NCBI GenBank assembly: GCA_038231275.1
Contig: JBBRLQ010000004.1
Span: 320,001-384,000, forward strand
Reading direction: 5' to 3'
From: Polyangiales bacterium
Lineage (GTDB): Bacteria; Myxococcota_A; Polyangia; Polyangiales; Polyangiaceae
Length of the DNA stretch: 64,000 nucleotides
The notes under the pieces are model-generated. The model ran no database searches and was not told the DNA's origin. It saw only the letters and a list, made by a program, of their open reading frames with translations. The position numbers and the translations under genes were made by a program. Shown piece after piece: positions 9,727 to 19,006 of this stretch; positions within the stretch are counted from its first letter, which is position 1; each line of letters begins with the position of its first letter.

Positions 9727-10446
9727 ATGTCGACCTCGGAGAGGAAGTTCCTCGCGGCCTACCGCCCCGGCCGCTTTCCCAGGCCGGCGGTGACGGTGGA
9801 CGTCGTCGTCTTCACGCTGCGCGACGCGGTGCTCCAGGTGCTGCTCGTTCAGCGCGGCGAGCACCCCTTCAAGGGGCGCTGGGCGATCCCGGGGGGCTTC
9901 GTGCGCGTCACCGAGGAGCCGGCCGATCAAGGAGAGGATCTCGACGCCGCGGCTGCGCGCGAGCTCGAGGAGGAGACGGGCCTCGGGACGCGCGCGCACA
10001 GCCTGCCGCTCGAGCAGCTGCGCGCGTTCGGCGCGGCGGGGCGCGATCCTCGGATGCGTGTCATCAGCGTCGCCTACTACGCGCTCGTCACGCCCGATCT
10101 CGCGCCGCTCGTTCGCGCCGGCGGCGACGCAGCGCACGCGGCGTGGCACCCGATCGAAGCCGCGCGCCTGCTGCCCCTCGCGTTCGATCACCGCGACATT
10201 CTCGAAGCCGCCACCGAGCGTCTCCGCACCGACATCGACAGGCTCGCCCGCGCGCTCGTGCCCGAGACCTTCAGCATCGCCGAGCTGCGCGCGGTCCACG
10301 AGGCCGTGCTCGGTCGCGCGCTCGATCCGGGCAACTTTCGGAAGCGCGTTCTTCGCATGCTCGAAGACCGCGTCCTCGAGACTGCGCCGGGCAAACGGGT
10401 CACCGCATCGAAGCCCGCCCGCGTCTACCGCTTTGCCAAACGGTAA
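9727..10446 (+). CDS. nrtR: NrtR-family transcriptional regulator (Nudix + winged HTH)
   Basis: PAVTVDVVVF, WAIPGGFV, AARELEEETGL, GRDPRMRVISVAY, LAFDH; C-terminal FSIAEL..LDPGNFRKR..KPARVYRF. Confidence 0.85.
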   Translation: MSTSERKFLAAYRPGRFPRPAVTVDVVVFTLRDAVLQVLLVQRGEHPFKGRWAIPGGFVRVTEEPADQGEDLDAAAARELEEETGLGTRAHSLPLEQLRAFGAAGRDPRMRVISVAYYALVTPDLAPLVRAGGDAAHAAWHPIEAARLLPLAFDHRDILEAATERLRTDIDRLARALVPETFSIAELRAVHEAVLGRALDPGNFRKRVLRMLEDRVLETAPGKRVTASKPARVYRFAKR

Positions 10447-10478
10447 TTGGTTACCACTTAAGTGGTAACCAGGTTACC
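10442..10478. promoter_or_regulatory. Cluster of GGTAAC/GTTACC half-sites including a perfect 24-bp palindrome
   Basis: TGGTTACCACTTAAGTGGTAACCA at 10448-10471, overlapping GGTAAC-CAG-GTTACC at 10464-10478. Confidence 0.7.
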
Positions 10479-10550
10479 TTTTAGACCGCGTAAACTATCG
10501 ACAACATGTTTGGATCGCTTCCTGCGTAGAGCTGGCGCGGAGGCGTTCAA

Positions 10551-11993
10551 ATGGTAACTTATGGTCACGGTGCATCCTCGATCCTCGTGCTCGGCGGTCT
10601 CTTCGCGGTGGCGTGCGGTACGCTCGCGCCCATCGGATCGGACCCTTCTCACGCGGCCGCTCAAGACCCCGACGCGTCCATCCCCGCCACGGCGACCGTG
10701 CCCGGCGCGTACATCCCCGGCTCGACGACGCCCGAGGCGAAGTACCCGGGCCACGGCTTCATCGTTCACGAGTGGGGGACGAACACGATCGTCGTCGGCT
10801 CCGACGGATCGGTGCAGCGCGGCCTTCACCACGAAGAAGAAGACCTCCCGGCCTTCGTTTACGACCGCATCAAGGCGGGCGGGGTGACGGGCTCGGTGGA
10901 AGTGAAGATGGAGACGCCTGTCCTCTACTTCTATTCGGACGCTGCGCTCGACGCCGAGGTCCAGGTGTCGTTCCCCGCCGGCGTGATGACGCAGTGGTAT
11001 CCGTCGGCGCGCGGCTTCACGCCGATGCTGGCGGACATCGCAGGGAGCGTCGTCGATCCGGTGATGGACCCGAAGTTCTCGCCGAAGCTCGACGCGTGCA
11101 TCCAACGGTTCTCCGACGGCAAGGCGATTGAAAACGGGCAGCTCGACTGGGGCACCGTGCACATCGGCGCGCGCACCGATCGCCTGACCGCGCCCGACGC
11201 GCCGCTCGCCCAGTACACGTGGAGCCACGCCCGCGCGGTCGACGCGAACCCGCTGCGCGTGCAAAAGCCCGGCGCGGCCGTCGACCACGAGGAGGAGCGC
11301 TTCCTCTTTTACCGCGGCCTCGGGAACTTCGCGCTGCCGGCGCGGATCACGAGCGGCGGACCGGGCTCGTACGAGGGGAGCGGCGTTTCGATCCTCGATC
11401 GCGACGGCGCCAACCCGCTCGGGTCGACGTTCGTGCTCGACGTCGGCGCGACCTCGGCCAAATTCGCCGTTCACCCGGAGGGGCTCGCGGCCAGCCACGG
11501 CGCGCTGATCGAGTCGCTCTCTGGCGCGACGTCGATGCCGCTCGACGCGTACGCCGACGCGCTCGCGGCCGCGATGACCGCCGAGCTCGACAAGACGGGG
11601 CTCTACCACGACGAGGCCGTGGGGATGGTGAGCACGTGGCGTCGTCAGTGGTTCCGGACGCCGGGCCTTCGCGTCCTCTACTTCGCGCCGCAGGCGTGGA
11701 CCGACACGCAGATCCCTCTCGCCATCACGCCGAAGCCCGATCGCATCACGCGCGTCATGGTGATCCGCACCGAGGTGATCACGACGGAGCTCGAGTGGGT
11801 CGACGTCGCGGCGGTGCGCGGGATCAACGCGGGCGACGCGACGGCGACGGCGCATTTCGACGGGCTCGGGCGCTTCGCGGAGCCTCGTCTGCGACGCGCG
11901 CGTCAGCTCGTTGGCGACGCGGGGCCGTCTGCTGCGGCGACGCTGCTCGCGAAGATCTCCGGCGCGAACACCACCCTCGGTACCGGCGAATGA
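10551..11993 (+). CDS. Hypothetical lipoprotein
   Basis: Lipobox LFAVA-C; motifs HEWGT, METPVLYFYS, TQWYP, FLFYRGLG, GLY.DEA. Exact start uncertain. Confidence 0.75.
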   Translation: MVTYGHGASSILVLGGLFAVACGTLAPIGSDPSHAAAQDPDASIPATATVPGAYIPGSTTPEAKYPGHGFIVHEWGTNTIVVGSDGSVQRGLHHEEEDLPAFVYDRIKAGGVTGSVEVKMETPVLYFYSDAALDAEVQVSFPAGVMTQWYPSARGFTPMLADIAGSVVDPVMDPKFSPKLDACIQRFSDGKAIENGQLDWGTVHIGARTDRLTAPDAPLAQYTWSHARAVDANPLRVQKPGAAVDHEEERFLFYRGLGNFALPARITSGGPGSYEGSGVSILDRDGANPLGSTFVLDVGATSAKFAVHPEGLAASHGALIESLSGATSMPLDAYADALAAAMTAELDKTGLYHDEAVGMVSTWRRQWFRTPGLRVLYFAPQAWTDTQIPLAITPKPDRITRVMVIRTEVITTELEWVDVAAVRGINAGDATATAHFDGLGRFAEPRLRRARQLVGDAGPSAAATLLAKISGANTTLGTGE

Positions 11994-14900
11994 CGGCGAG
12001 CGCCCCTCCCCTTCGCCTCGATCACCCGCGCTACGAGGCGGGCGAGGCGCTCGGGCAGGGCGCGCAAGGTCACGTGCTGCGCGTGCGCGACCGGGAAAAT
12101 CCTGGGCGCGCGCTCGTCGCGAAGGTGCTGCGGGGAGCGGCAGAGGGGTCGCTCGACGCCGAGTTTGCGCTGCTCGCGAGGCTCCGGATCGAGGGCCTCG
12201 CGCGCGCGCACGACCTGGCGCGCGACACGTCGAGCGGGGTCCTCTTCTTGGTCGAGGACTTCATCGACGGGCCCGACGCGGCCCGCCACGTTGCGGCGGA
12301 GCCGACGCCGGCGTCGAAGAACCGCGCGCTGGCGCGCATCCTCGCCGATCTCGCGCGGACCCTCGGCGCGCTCCATGAGGCGGGGTTCGTGCACGGCGAT
12401 CTCAAGCCCGAGCACGCGCGCGTGACGCCCGCGCGGACGATGCTGCTCGATCTGGGCGCGGCGATCGCGCGGACGGGCGATGCGCGCCCGGAGATGGTGA
12501 CGCGCGCGTACGGCGCGCCCGAAGTGCTCGCGGGAGGCGCGGCGTCTCCCAGCGCCGACCTCTTCGGGCTCGGCGCGCTCGCGTGGGGCGTCGCGACGGG
12601 AAGGCCGCCGCGCGGGGGCACCGGCGCGCTGCGTGACCACGCGCCATGGGTCGCACCGAGCCTCGCGGCCACGATCGAAGCGCTGCTCGCCGCGCACCCC
12701 GCCGACCGACCTCGCTCCGCGAGCGAAGTGCTCGCGCGACTCGGCGCGTGCGTCGATCTCGGCGCATGGCAGGCGTCGTCGGGCGCGCCGGCGGGGCGCG
12801 CGAGAGAGTGGGCCGAGGCGGCGCGCAACCGCGCGCACGTCCTCTACGTGACCGGCCCTTCCGGCGCGGGAAAGAGCCATCTGGTGCGGGAGCTCGTCGC
12901 GACGACGCTCCTCGAAGGTCGCCCCGCGCGTGCGTTGGCGTTTCCGAGCGAGGACGGTCGTCTGCTCCCGCGCCTCACGGCGTTCTTCCGAGGAGAGCGC
13001 GACGCGTTTCCGTTTCACGTCGCCGATGGCGGTGGCGGCGTCGGGGAGCCAGTCCTGCTCGTCCTCGACGATCTCGACGCGGCGCGCCCGGAGGTCCGTA
13101 CGGCGCTCGAGGCTCTGCGTTGCCGGGGCGGTGATCCGCTCGTCCGCGTCGTCGCGACGTGCCGCCGCGCGCCGAGGGGTGCGATCACGCTGGAGCTGGC
13201 GCCGCTCGCGGCAGATGCGTTCGAAGAGCTCGCCGTGAGCATGGGTGTGCCGGCGGACGAGGCGCGCGCGCTCCATACGTCGTGCGAAGGCCTGCCCGGC
13301 TGGCTCGTCGCCGCGCGCGGTCGCGTGCCGTTGACGCGCGACACGGCGCTGGCGCGGACGAAGTCGCTGTCGACCGACGCGCGAGATCTCCTCGCGGTGA
13401 TCGCGCTGCTCGGTGGGGAGGCCACGCGCGCGCAGCTCGCACGATCGACGACGCTCGAAGTGTTTGCGCCGCTCGCCGAGCTCGCTCGTGCCGGGCTCGT
13501 CTCGCGGCGAAGGGCCGAAGGCGGTCAAGAGGAGGCGAACGCCACGCTCGCCTCGCCGGGAATCGCGCGGGATCTCGCCGCCGCGCTCTCGACCTACGAT
13601 CTCGCCGATCGAGCGGCGGAGGCGGCGCTGGGAGACGGCGTGCCGGCCGCGACGCTGCTCTCGGTCGCGCTTTGTCCGACCCCTCCGCGGCGCCGCGCGG
13701 AGCTGCTCGCGGCCGCCGCGACGCGCGCGCGCGCCACCGGAGCGCGAAGTGACGAGCTCGACGCGCTGCTCGCGTCGGCGGCCGATCCGGCGGCGCGGAC
13801 TGCTCCGCTGCTCCTCCGCCTCGAACGCCTCACGCGCGATCTCGGCGCCGCGAACGCGCATCCGCAAGTTCTGGTCTGGCTCGATGCGCTCGGCGACCAG
13901 GACGCAAGCGTCCGTCCGCTCGCGCTTCGCCGTCGCGCCGAGGCGAAGGCGCGGGCCGGAGCCGCAGACGACGCGCGCGCGACGGCGGCGCTCGCCCGCG
14001 AGGCCGCAAGGGCGCGCGGGGACGCGGCGCTCGAGGCGCTCTCTCTGGCGACAGCCGGGGCGGTGGCGCTGTTCCGCGCGGACTGGCCGGAGGCGGAGCG
14101 CGCGCTGATCGAAGCGCGATCCCTGGCGTCCGCATTTCCGCCCGACGATCCCGAAGAGCTCGCGCGGCTCGATCACAACCTCGGGGTCGTCCTCTTGTAT
14201 CGGAACCGTCACGCCGAGGCGGCGCACGCGTTCGAGCGCGCGTTGGCGGTGAAGCGCGCGCTCGGAGATTCGGCGGGCTGCCGCGCGTGTCTCCTCAACC
14301 TCGGGCTCGCGTGGACGCGCGAGGGGCGATTCGAGGAGGCCGAGCGCGCGCTGACCGAAGCCACGCTCCTCGCGGAGTCGCTCGAGCAGACGACGGGACG
14401 CGCGTGGACGCTCGCCGCGCGCGCGGATCTCGAGATCCGGCGGCGCCGACCGCGCGACGCCGAGCGCTTCACTGCAGAGGCCGAGGCGTCCAGTGACGCG
14501 CTCCCGCCGGCCGTTCGCGCGGACCTCGCGCTGCTGCGCGCGGAGATCGGGCTCGAGGACGGGGATGGTCGGGCCGCGCTCGCGGCGCTCGATGCGCTCG
14601 ATACGTCGCTGCGCGCCGACGACGCGCTGATCGACGCCCGCGCGCACGTCCTCACGTCCCGCGCGTTCATGGCCATGGTGCCTCCCGAGCCGAGACGCGC
14701 GGCGCGAGCTGCCGTCGCCGCGCTTCGGCGATCGCGCGAGGCCGCCCTCGCCGAGCAGGAGGCCGCCGCCGCGATCGCCCTCACGCAGGCGCGCACGCGC
14801 GCGCGATCGGCCGCGCGGTGCTACGAAGCGCGTGCGATGCCGGTCTCCGCCACGCCCGCTACGCCGTCGACCCCTCGCGACGCCCCGCTCTGGGCGTGGC

Positions 14901-16372
14901 TCGTCGAGCTCGGCAACGGCGCGCCGGTCGACGGGGCGGGAACGTCGCTCGCGCTCGCCATCGTCCGCGCCGCCGGAGCGGAGCGCGCGTTCGTCGCGGT
15001 CGTCGGGAATGACGGCGCGGTGCGCGTGGCGTGGGGCGCCGATCTCGATGGGCTACCCCTGCAAGACGCCAAGGATCGAATCGACGCCGCGGCGCTCGCC
15101 GGCGCGCTGCGCGCGGAGGGGCCTCTTTACCAACGCAACGTCGAAGGCCCCGCCGGCACCGGCTCGCGCTTGGCGATCGCGTCCCGCGGCGGCGATCCGC
15201 GCGCGGTCGTCGTCGTCGAGCATCGGTTCGCCCCCGCGCGATTCGACGGCGTCGATGGGGAGCTCGCGTCAAGGTGGGGGACGATGGCTTCGGTCCTCGC
15301 GCGGACCCACGCGAGCTCCGCAAGCCCCACATCCACGAGCGGCGGCGGCCTCAGCGCCGTCACCCAATCTTCTCGCATGCCCGTCTCCGCGGCGCGCGAG
15401 CTCGAGTCGAGCTCCGCGCCACTCCGAGAGGCGCGACGCGAGTATCCGACCATCCTCGGCGAGAGCCGCGTCCTCCGCCGTGCGCTCGCCCGCCTCGACG
15501 CGGCGGTCGACAGCGATCTGCCCGTCCTCTTGACCGGCGAGACCGGCACCGGCAAGGAGGTCTTTGCGCGCGCGCTGCACGATCACGGCGCGCGCGCTGG
15601 CCGACCCTTCGTGGCGGTGGACTGCGCGTCGCTCCCCGACGCGCTCTTCGAGGCGGAGCTCTTCGGCCACGCGCGCGGATCGTTCACCGGGGCCGAGCGC
15701 CCGCGCGCCGGACTCTTCGCACGCGCCGGCGAGGGGACGCTCTTCCTCGACGAGGTCGGCGAGCTCCCACTCCAGAGGCAGGCGTCGCTTCTGCGCGTGC
15801 TCGAGACGCGGCGTTTTCGCGCCGTGGGGAGCGACGAAGAGCAGACGTTCTGCGCGCGCGTCGTCGCGGCGACGAACCGGGATCTCGAGGAGGCGGTCCG
15901 CGCCGGGACCTTCCGGCAAGACCTCCTCTATCGTCTCAGGGTCCTGGACGTGACCGTCCCTGCCCTTCGCGCGCGCGCGGACGATATCCCGATGCTCGCC
16001 GCCGCGTTCCTCGCGCGCGCGGGCAGCGACGGGACGCTGGCGCCCGACGCCGTGGACGCGCTCACGGCGTACGCGTGGCCCGGGAACGTCCGCGAGCTGC
16101 TCCATCACATGCAGCGCCTCGCCGCCGCGGGCCTCGAGCGCGTCGAGATCGAGCACCTCCCGCGCGATCTGCGCGGCGCGATCCCGCTTCATTCGCGGCG
16201 TGACGACGCCTCGCGCGAGTCGCGGGAGCGCGCCGAGGTGACGCGCGCCCTCGCGGCGACCGGGGGAAACATCACCCACGCCGCCGCGCGCTTGGGGCTC
16301 ACGCGTCACGGCCTCAAGAAGCGAATGTTGCGGCTCGGCATGCGCGCCGCGCTTCCGGTTGGTAAGAGATAG
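11990..16372 (+). CDS. Multidomain sigma54-dependent enhancer-binding protein: kinase - P-loop ATPase - TPR - GAF-like - sigma54 AAA+ - Fis HTH
   Basis: GQGAQG, HGDLKPEH, DLG; GPSGAGKS, LVLDD; TPR-like helices (HNLGVVL, LNLGLAW); GETGTGKE, GSFTGA, LFLDEVGE, WPGNVREL; NITHAAARLGL. ATGA overlap at 11990. Confidence 0.85.
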   Translation: MTASAPPLRLDHPRYEAGEALGQGAQGHVLRVRDRENPGRALVAKVLRGAAEGSLDAEFALLARLRIEGLARAHDLARDTSSGVLFLVEDFIDGPDAARHVAAEPTPASKNRALARILADLARTLGALHEAGFVHGDLKPEHARVTPARTMLLDLGAAIARTGDARPEMVTRAYGAPEVLAGGAASPSADLFGLGALAWGVATGRPPRGGTGALRDHAPWVAPSLAATIEALLAAHPADRPRSASEVLARLGACVDLGAWQASSGAPAGRAREWAEAARNRAHVLYVTGPSGAGKSHLVRELVATTLLEGRPARALAFPSEDGRLLPRLTAFFRGERDAFPFHVADGGGGVGEPVLLVLDDLDAARPEVRTALEALRCRGGDPLVRVVATCRRAPRGAITLELAPLAADAFEELAVSMGVPADEARALHTSCEGLPGWLVAARGRVPLTRDTALARTKSLSTDARDLLAVIALLGGEATRAQLARSTTLEVFAPLAELARAGLVSRRRAEGGQEEANATLASPGIARDLAAALSTYDLADRAAEAALGDGVPAATLLSVALCPTPPRRRAELLAAAATRARATGARSDELDALLASAADPAARTAPLLLRLERLTRDLGAANAHPQVLVWLDALGDQDASVRPLALRRRAEAKARAGAADDARATAALAREAARARGDAALEALSLATAGAVALFRADWPEAERALIEARSLASAFPPDDPEELARLDHNLGVVLLYRNRHAEAAHAFERALAVKRALGDSAGCRACLLNLGLAWTREGRFEEAERALTEATLLAESLEQTTGRAWTLAARADLEIRRRRPRDAERFTAEAEASSDALPPAVRADLALLRAEIGLEDGDGRAALAALDALDTSLRADDALIDARAHVLTSRAFMAMVPPEPRRAARAAVAALRRSREAALAEQEAAAAIALTQARTRARSAARCYEARAMPVSATPATPSTPRDAPLWAWLVELGNGAPVDGAGTSLALAIVRAAGAERAFVAVVGNDGAVRVAWGADLDGLPLQDAKDRIDAAALAGALRAEGPLYQRNVEGPAGTGSRLAIASRGGDPRAVVVVEHRFAPARFDGVDGELASRWGTMASVLARTHASSASPTSTSGGGLSAVTQSSRMPVSAARELESSSAPLREARREYPTILGESRVLRRALARLDAAVDSDLPVLLTGETGTGKEVFARALHDHGARAGRPFVAVDCASLPDALFEAELFGHARGSFTGAERPRAGLFARAGEGTLFLDEVGELPLQRQASLLRVLETRRFRAVGSDEEQTFCARVVAATNRDLEEAVRAGTFRQDLLYRLRVLDVTVPALRARADDIPMLAAAFLARAGSDGTLAPDAVDALTAYAWPGNVRELLHHMQRLAAAGLERVEIEHLPRDLRGAIPLHSRRDDASRESRERAEVTRALAATGGNITHAAARLGLTRHGLKKRMLRLGMRAALPVGKR

Positions 16373-16379
16373 GAGTCCC

Positions 16380-17534
16380 ATGCGCGCGCTCGCCATCGCC
16401 CTCACGCTGTCCGCTCCGCCGCTCGCCTTCGCGTGCAGCGTCGCAAAGAGCACGGTCACGCCGGGCGCCGGCGCCGACGGCGGAGGGATCGCAGCAGAGG
16501 ACGCGAGCGCGGTCGACGCCGGGGATCCCTCCCCTGCGGCGACGTGCAGCGCGCCGCTCCCCGCGGGCATTCTCCTCCCAAGCGTCGACCTCCTCGGGCA
16601 TCCCCCCTATGCCGCCGACGGGTGCACGCTCGTCTACGTGGCCAGCGCGGCCTCCGGCGCCGGCGAGCTCCGCGCGCGCGATCTCACGACCGGCGCGGAG
16701 ACGGTCCTCGCCCCCGCCTCCGAGTCACCGCGAAGGCCGACGATCGCCGGCGACGTGATCGCGTGGGAGGCCATGGACGGCGCGACGGCGATCGTGCGCG
16801 TCCGTACGGCGGGCGCGACGTTCACCGTGTCGGGCCCGTTCGATCACGCGGGCGAGGCACGCGCTGCCGCGGACGCCGTCGTCTTCACGGGGTGGCGCAG
16901 CGCAGACCCGGTCGGCGATACCGACGTGTTCGTCGTCGACGCCGTGACGCGTGCCGCGCGACTGGTCCTCGGAGGTCCGGGACAGCAGCGCTTCGCGGAC
17001 ATCTCGAGAGGCGCGATCGCGGCGACGGATTTTTCGGAGGATCCCGACGGGACCTTCAACGACAACGAGACCGACCTCGCCGACGTCGTCCTCTTCGATC
17101 GCGCGACGTCGCAAGTCACGCGGCGTCCGCGCACGGGAAAACAAGCCTTTCCGATGATCGCGTCGCCGACCCGCCTCGGCTACCTCGACTGGGCCACGGT
17201 GCACCCCGAGCCGAAGCTGGCGGCGTACGTTCTTCGCGTTGGAGACATGGCCGGTCCTGCGGAGGCCGACGTCACCCTCGCCACCGTGACCGACGCGAGC
17301 GGGCAGTACGTCCTACCGTCGGGCCGCAACGGCGTCATCGAGTGGGTGCAGAGGCCGATGGGCGCTAGCCCCGCATTGTTCAAGGCGCCCGCCGATCTCT
17401 CGAGCCCCGCCGCCGCCGTCCCCGGGCTCGACGGCCTCGAGCTCTTCGCGCCTGCGCTGGCGGCGTCGTTCACCCTGCTCGGCACGCGCGCGTCGGGCTC
17501 GACCGACGTGGTCCTCACGGCGATCGCGCGCTGA
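16380..17534 (+). CDS. Lipoprotein, probably beta-propeller/TolB-like
   Basis: AGGAG RBS, lipobox LAFA-C, repeated P.I.G..IAW-like strands. Confidence 0.65.
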   Translation: MRALAIALTLSAPPLAFACSVAKSTVTPGAGADGGGIAAEDASAVDAGDPSPAATCSAPLPAGILLPSVDLLGHPPYAADGCTLVYVASAASGAGELRARDLTTGAETVLAPASESPRRPTIAGDVIAWEAMDGATAIVRVRTAGATFTVSGPFDHAGEARAAADAVVFTGWRSADPVGDTDVFVVDAVTRAARLVLGGPGQQRFADISRGAIAATDFSEDPDGTFNDNETDLADVVLFDRATSQVTRRPRTGKQAFPMIASPTRLGYLDWATVHPEPKLAAYVLRVGDMAGPAEADVTLATVTDASGQYVLPSGRNGVIEWVQRPMGASPALFKAPADLSSPAAAVPGLDGLELFAPALAASFTLLGTRASGSTDVVLTAIAR

Positions 17535-18678
17535 TCTGGCCGCGCCGCGCGACGAACGAGTCGCTCTTCCCCGCGCCCGCCACCGGCACCATCCTCCCGC
17601 GCACCTCGTCCGCCGCGAGCTCGAGGAGGACGAAATGCGTCGTCCCCTCGACGAACACCTTCGTCCCCGCGTCGCGCGTCGCGGGCGCCGCCTCGTGATG
17701 GAACGGAGCCCCTCCCCCGCCCGTGATGATGTGCGTCACGGCGTGACCACCGCGCCCTGGATGCTCGAGGCGCTCGTACGCGTGCGAGTGACCCGCGACG
17801 ACGAGCGCGATGTCGTGCTTGTCGAGGATCTCCTCGGCGATCCGCGTCCGCACCGTCGGCGACGGCTCGTCCTCTGCGGTCGAGGAGTACGCGGGCAGGT
17901 GCATCGCCACGATCGACCTGAGCCCCTTTGCGTCGGCGTCGGCGAGGCTCGCCTCGAGCCACTTCAGCTGGCGGCCGCCGGCATCGATCGGATCGAGATC
18001 GCCGAAGAGATCGTCGCCGGTGTCGAGCGCGTGGACACGGTAACCACCAATTTCTACTGAAAAGAAGAGACCGACGTCACCTCGATCGGGCGTTTCGTTC
18101 GAAACGAAGAGCCGCGCCAGCTCGCGCCGATCGGCCTGGTGGTACTCGTCGTGGTTGCCAGGCACGAACACGAACGGAACGCGATCGGAGAGCCGCAGCG
18201 GCGCCGTGTCCGCGAGAAAGCCATTCCAGCCATCGGCATCGCGCGGAGGCGCGAACGGACGCCCGATCGTCTCGTGAATGAGCGCCGGAAACGGCACGAG
18301 CGACGCGAGCATCACGACGGGGTAGCCGCGCTGGACCTGCGGCCAGAACGGCAGGAGGTACGTCGCGAGACCGAAGTCGGGCATGTGCCCGACGGGATAA
18401 CAACGGAGCGCGTCCCCGGTGAACACGACGAGATCGGGTCGGGCGGCGCGAATGGCCTCGACGACGGCGCGGTGCTTCTCACGTTCGCCGCGTACGTCTC
18501 CATAAACGGCGACGCGCACGGGCTCGGCGCTCGTGCGGGCCGCGACCGGGACGGACGCACGGCCGGTGAACGGATCGAGCCAACGAGGATCCGTCGCCAC
18601 GTGCGTGAGCGGTCCGCCGCATGCGACGACGAACGTCGAGACGACAGCCGCTCCGGTCAGACGCCAGACTCTCCGCAT
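17515..18678 (-). CDS. Metallophosphoesterase lipoprotein (purple acid phosphatase-like)
   Basis: YGD, TGD, PGNHD, MHLP, GHSHAYER; lipobox VVA-C. Confidence 0.85.
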   Translation of the reverse strand: MRRVWRLTGAAVVSTFVVACGGPLTHVATDPRWLDPFTGRASVPVAARTSAEPVRVAVYGDVRGEREKHRAVVEAIRAARPDLVVFTGDALRCYPVGHMPDFGLATYLLPFWPQVQRGYPVVMLASLVPFPALIHETIGRPFAPPRDADGWNGFLADTAPLRLSDRVPFVFVPGNHDEYHQADRRELARLFVSNETPDRGDVGLFFSVEIGGYRVHALDTGDDLFGDLDPIDAGGRQLKWLEASLADADAKGLRSIVAMHLPAYSSTAEDEPSPTVRTRIAEEILDKHDIALVVAGHSHAYERLEHPGRGGHAVTHIITGGGGAPFHHEAAPATRDAGTKVFVEGTTHFVLLELAADEVRGRMVPVAGAGKSDSFVARRGQISARSP

Positions 18679-18756
18679 CGCACTTACGTTCGACGGTCCG
18701 TTCGCGCCTGTCACCACAATTTCATTTTCGAGCGCGCGCCGCGACGGCTCGACCGC

Positions 18757-18785
18757 TTGACGAAGGCGATCTCGCGAACCATGTT
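18757..18785 (+). promoter_or_regulatory. Putative sigma70 promoter for the leader peptide/MATE unit
   Basis: TTGACG - 17 bp - CATGTT. Confidence 0.45.
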
Positions 18786-18805
18786 GGAGCAAAGGTAGAC
18801 GACCG

Positions 18806-18904
18806 ATGACCGCCCGCGCACTCCAGCCCAACTGTCTCATCCCCGTTTGCGGGATGGACACGAGCTGCGCGAGCGGCTCGAGCCCGCGTACGCGCGGGCA
18901 GTAG
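18806..18904 (+). CDS. Putative 32-aa leader peptide (MTARALQPNCLIPVCGMDTSCASGSSPRTRGQ)
   Basis: AAAGG upstream of ATG. The stop lies 10 nt before a long hairpin covering the MATE RBS. Confidence 0.45.
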   Translation: MTARALQPNCLIPVCGMDTSCASGSSPRTRGQ

Positions 18905-18913
18905 TCGTCGCCC

Positions 18914-19002
18914 ACGTCCTCTCCGAACACGGAGCCCCCGAGACGCCTGGCGATGTGAGCCTGGTGGACGGTGGACTTCGGGGCTCCGCGGAAGAGAGAC
19001 GT
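18914..19002 (+). promoter_or_regulatory. RBS-sequestering hairpin (candidate translational attenuator)
   Basis: CGGAGCCCC (18930-38) pairs with GGGGCTCCG (18980-88). Outer arm ACGTC/CTCT/CCG pairs with CGG/AGAG/GACGT, covering the purine-rich GGAAGAGAG before ATG 19007. Confidence 0.5.
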
Positions 19003-19006
19003 CGTC

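Noticed and set aside
10531-10550. Sigma54 promoter candidate CTGGCGCGGAGGCGTTCAA
   Set aside because: The -24 element matches but there is no GC at the required GG-N10-GC spacing.
11219-11989. N-terminal extensions in the ORF track (1717-aa EBP; also the 5502, 8303, 35761-37668 and 52517 ORFs)
   Set aside because: They overlap upstream genes in another frame; coupled starts with recognisable domains lie downstream.
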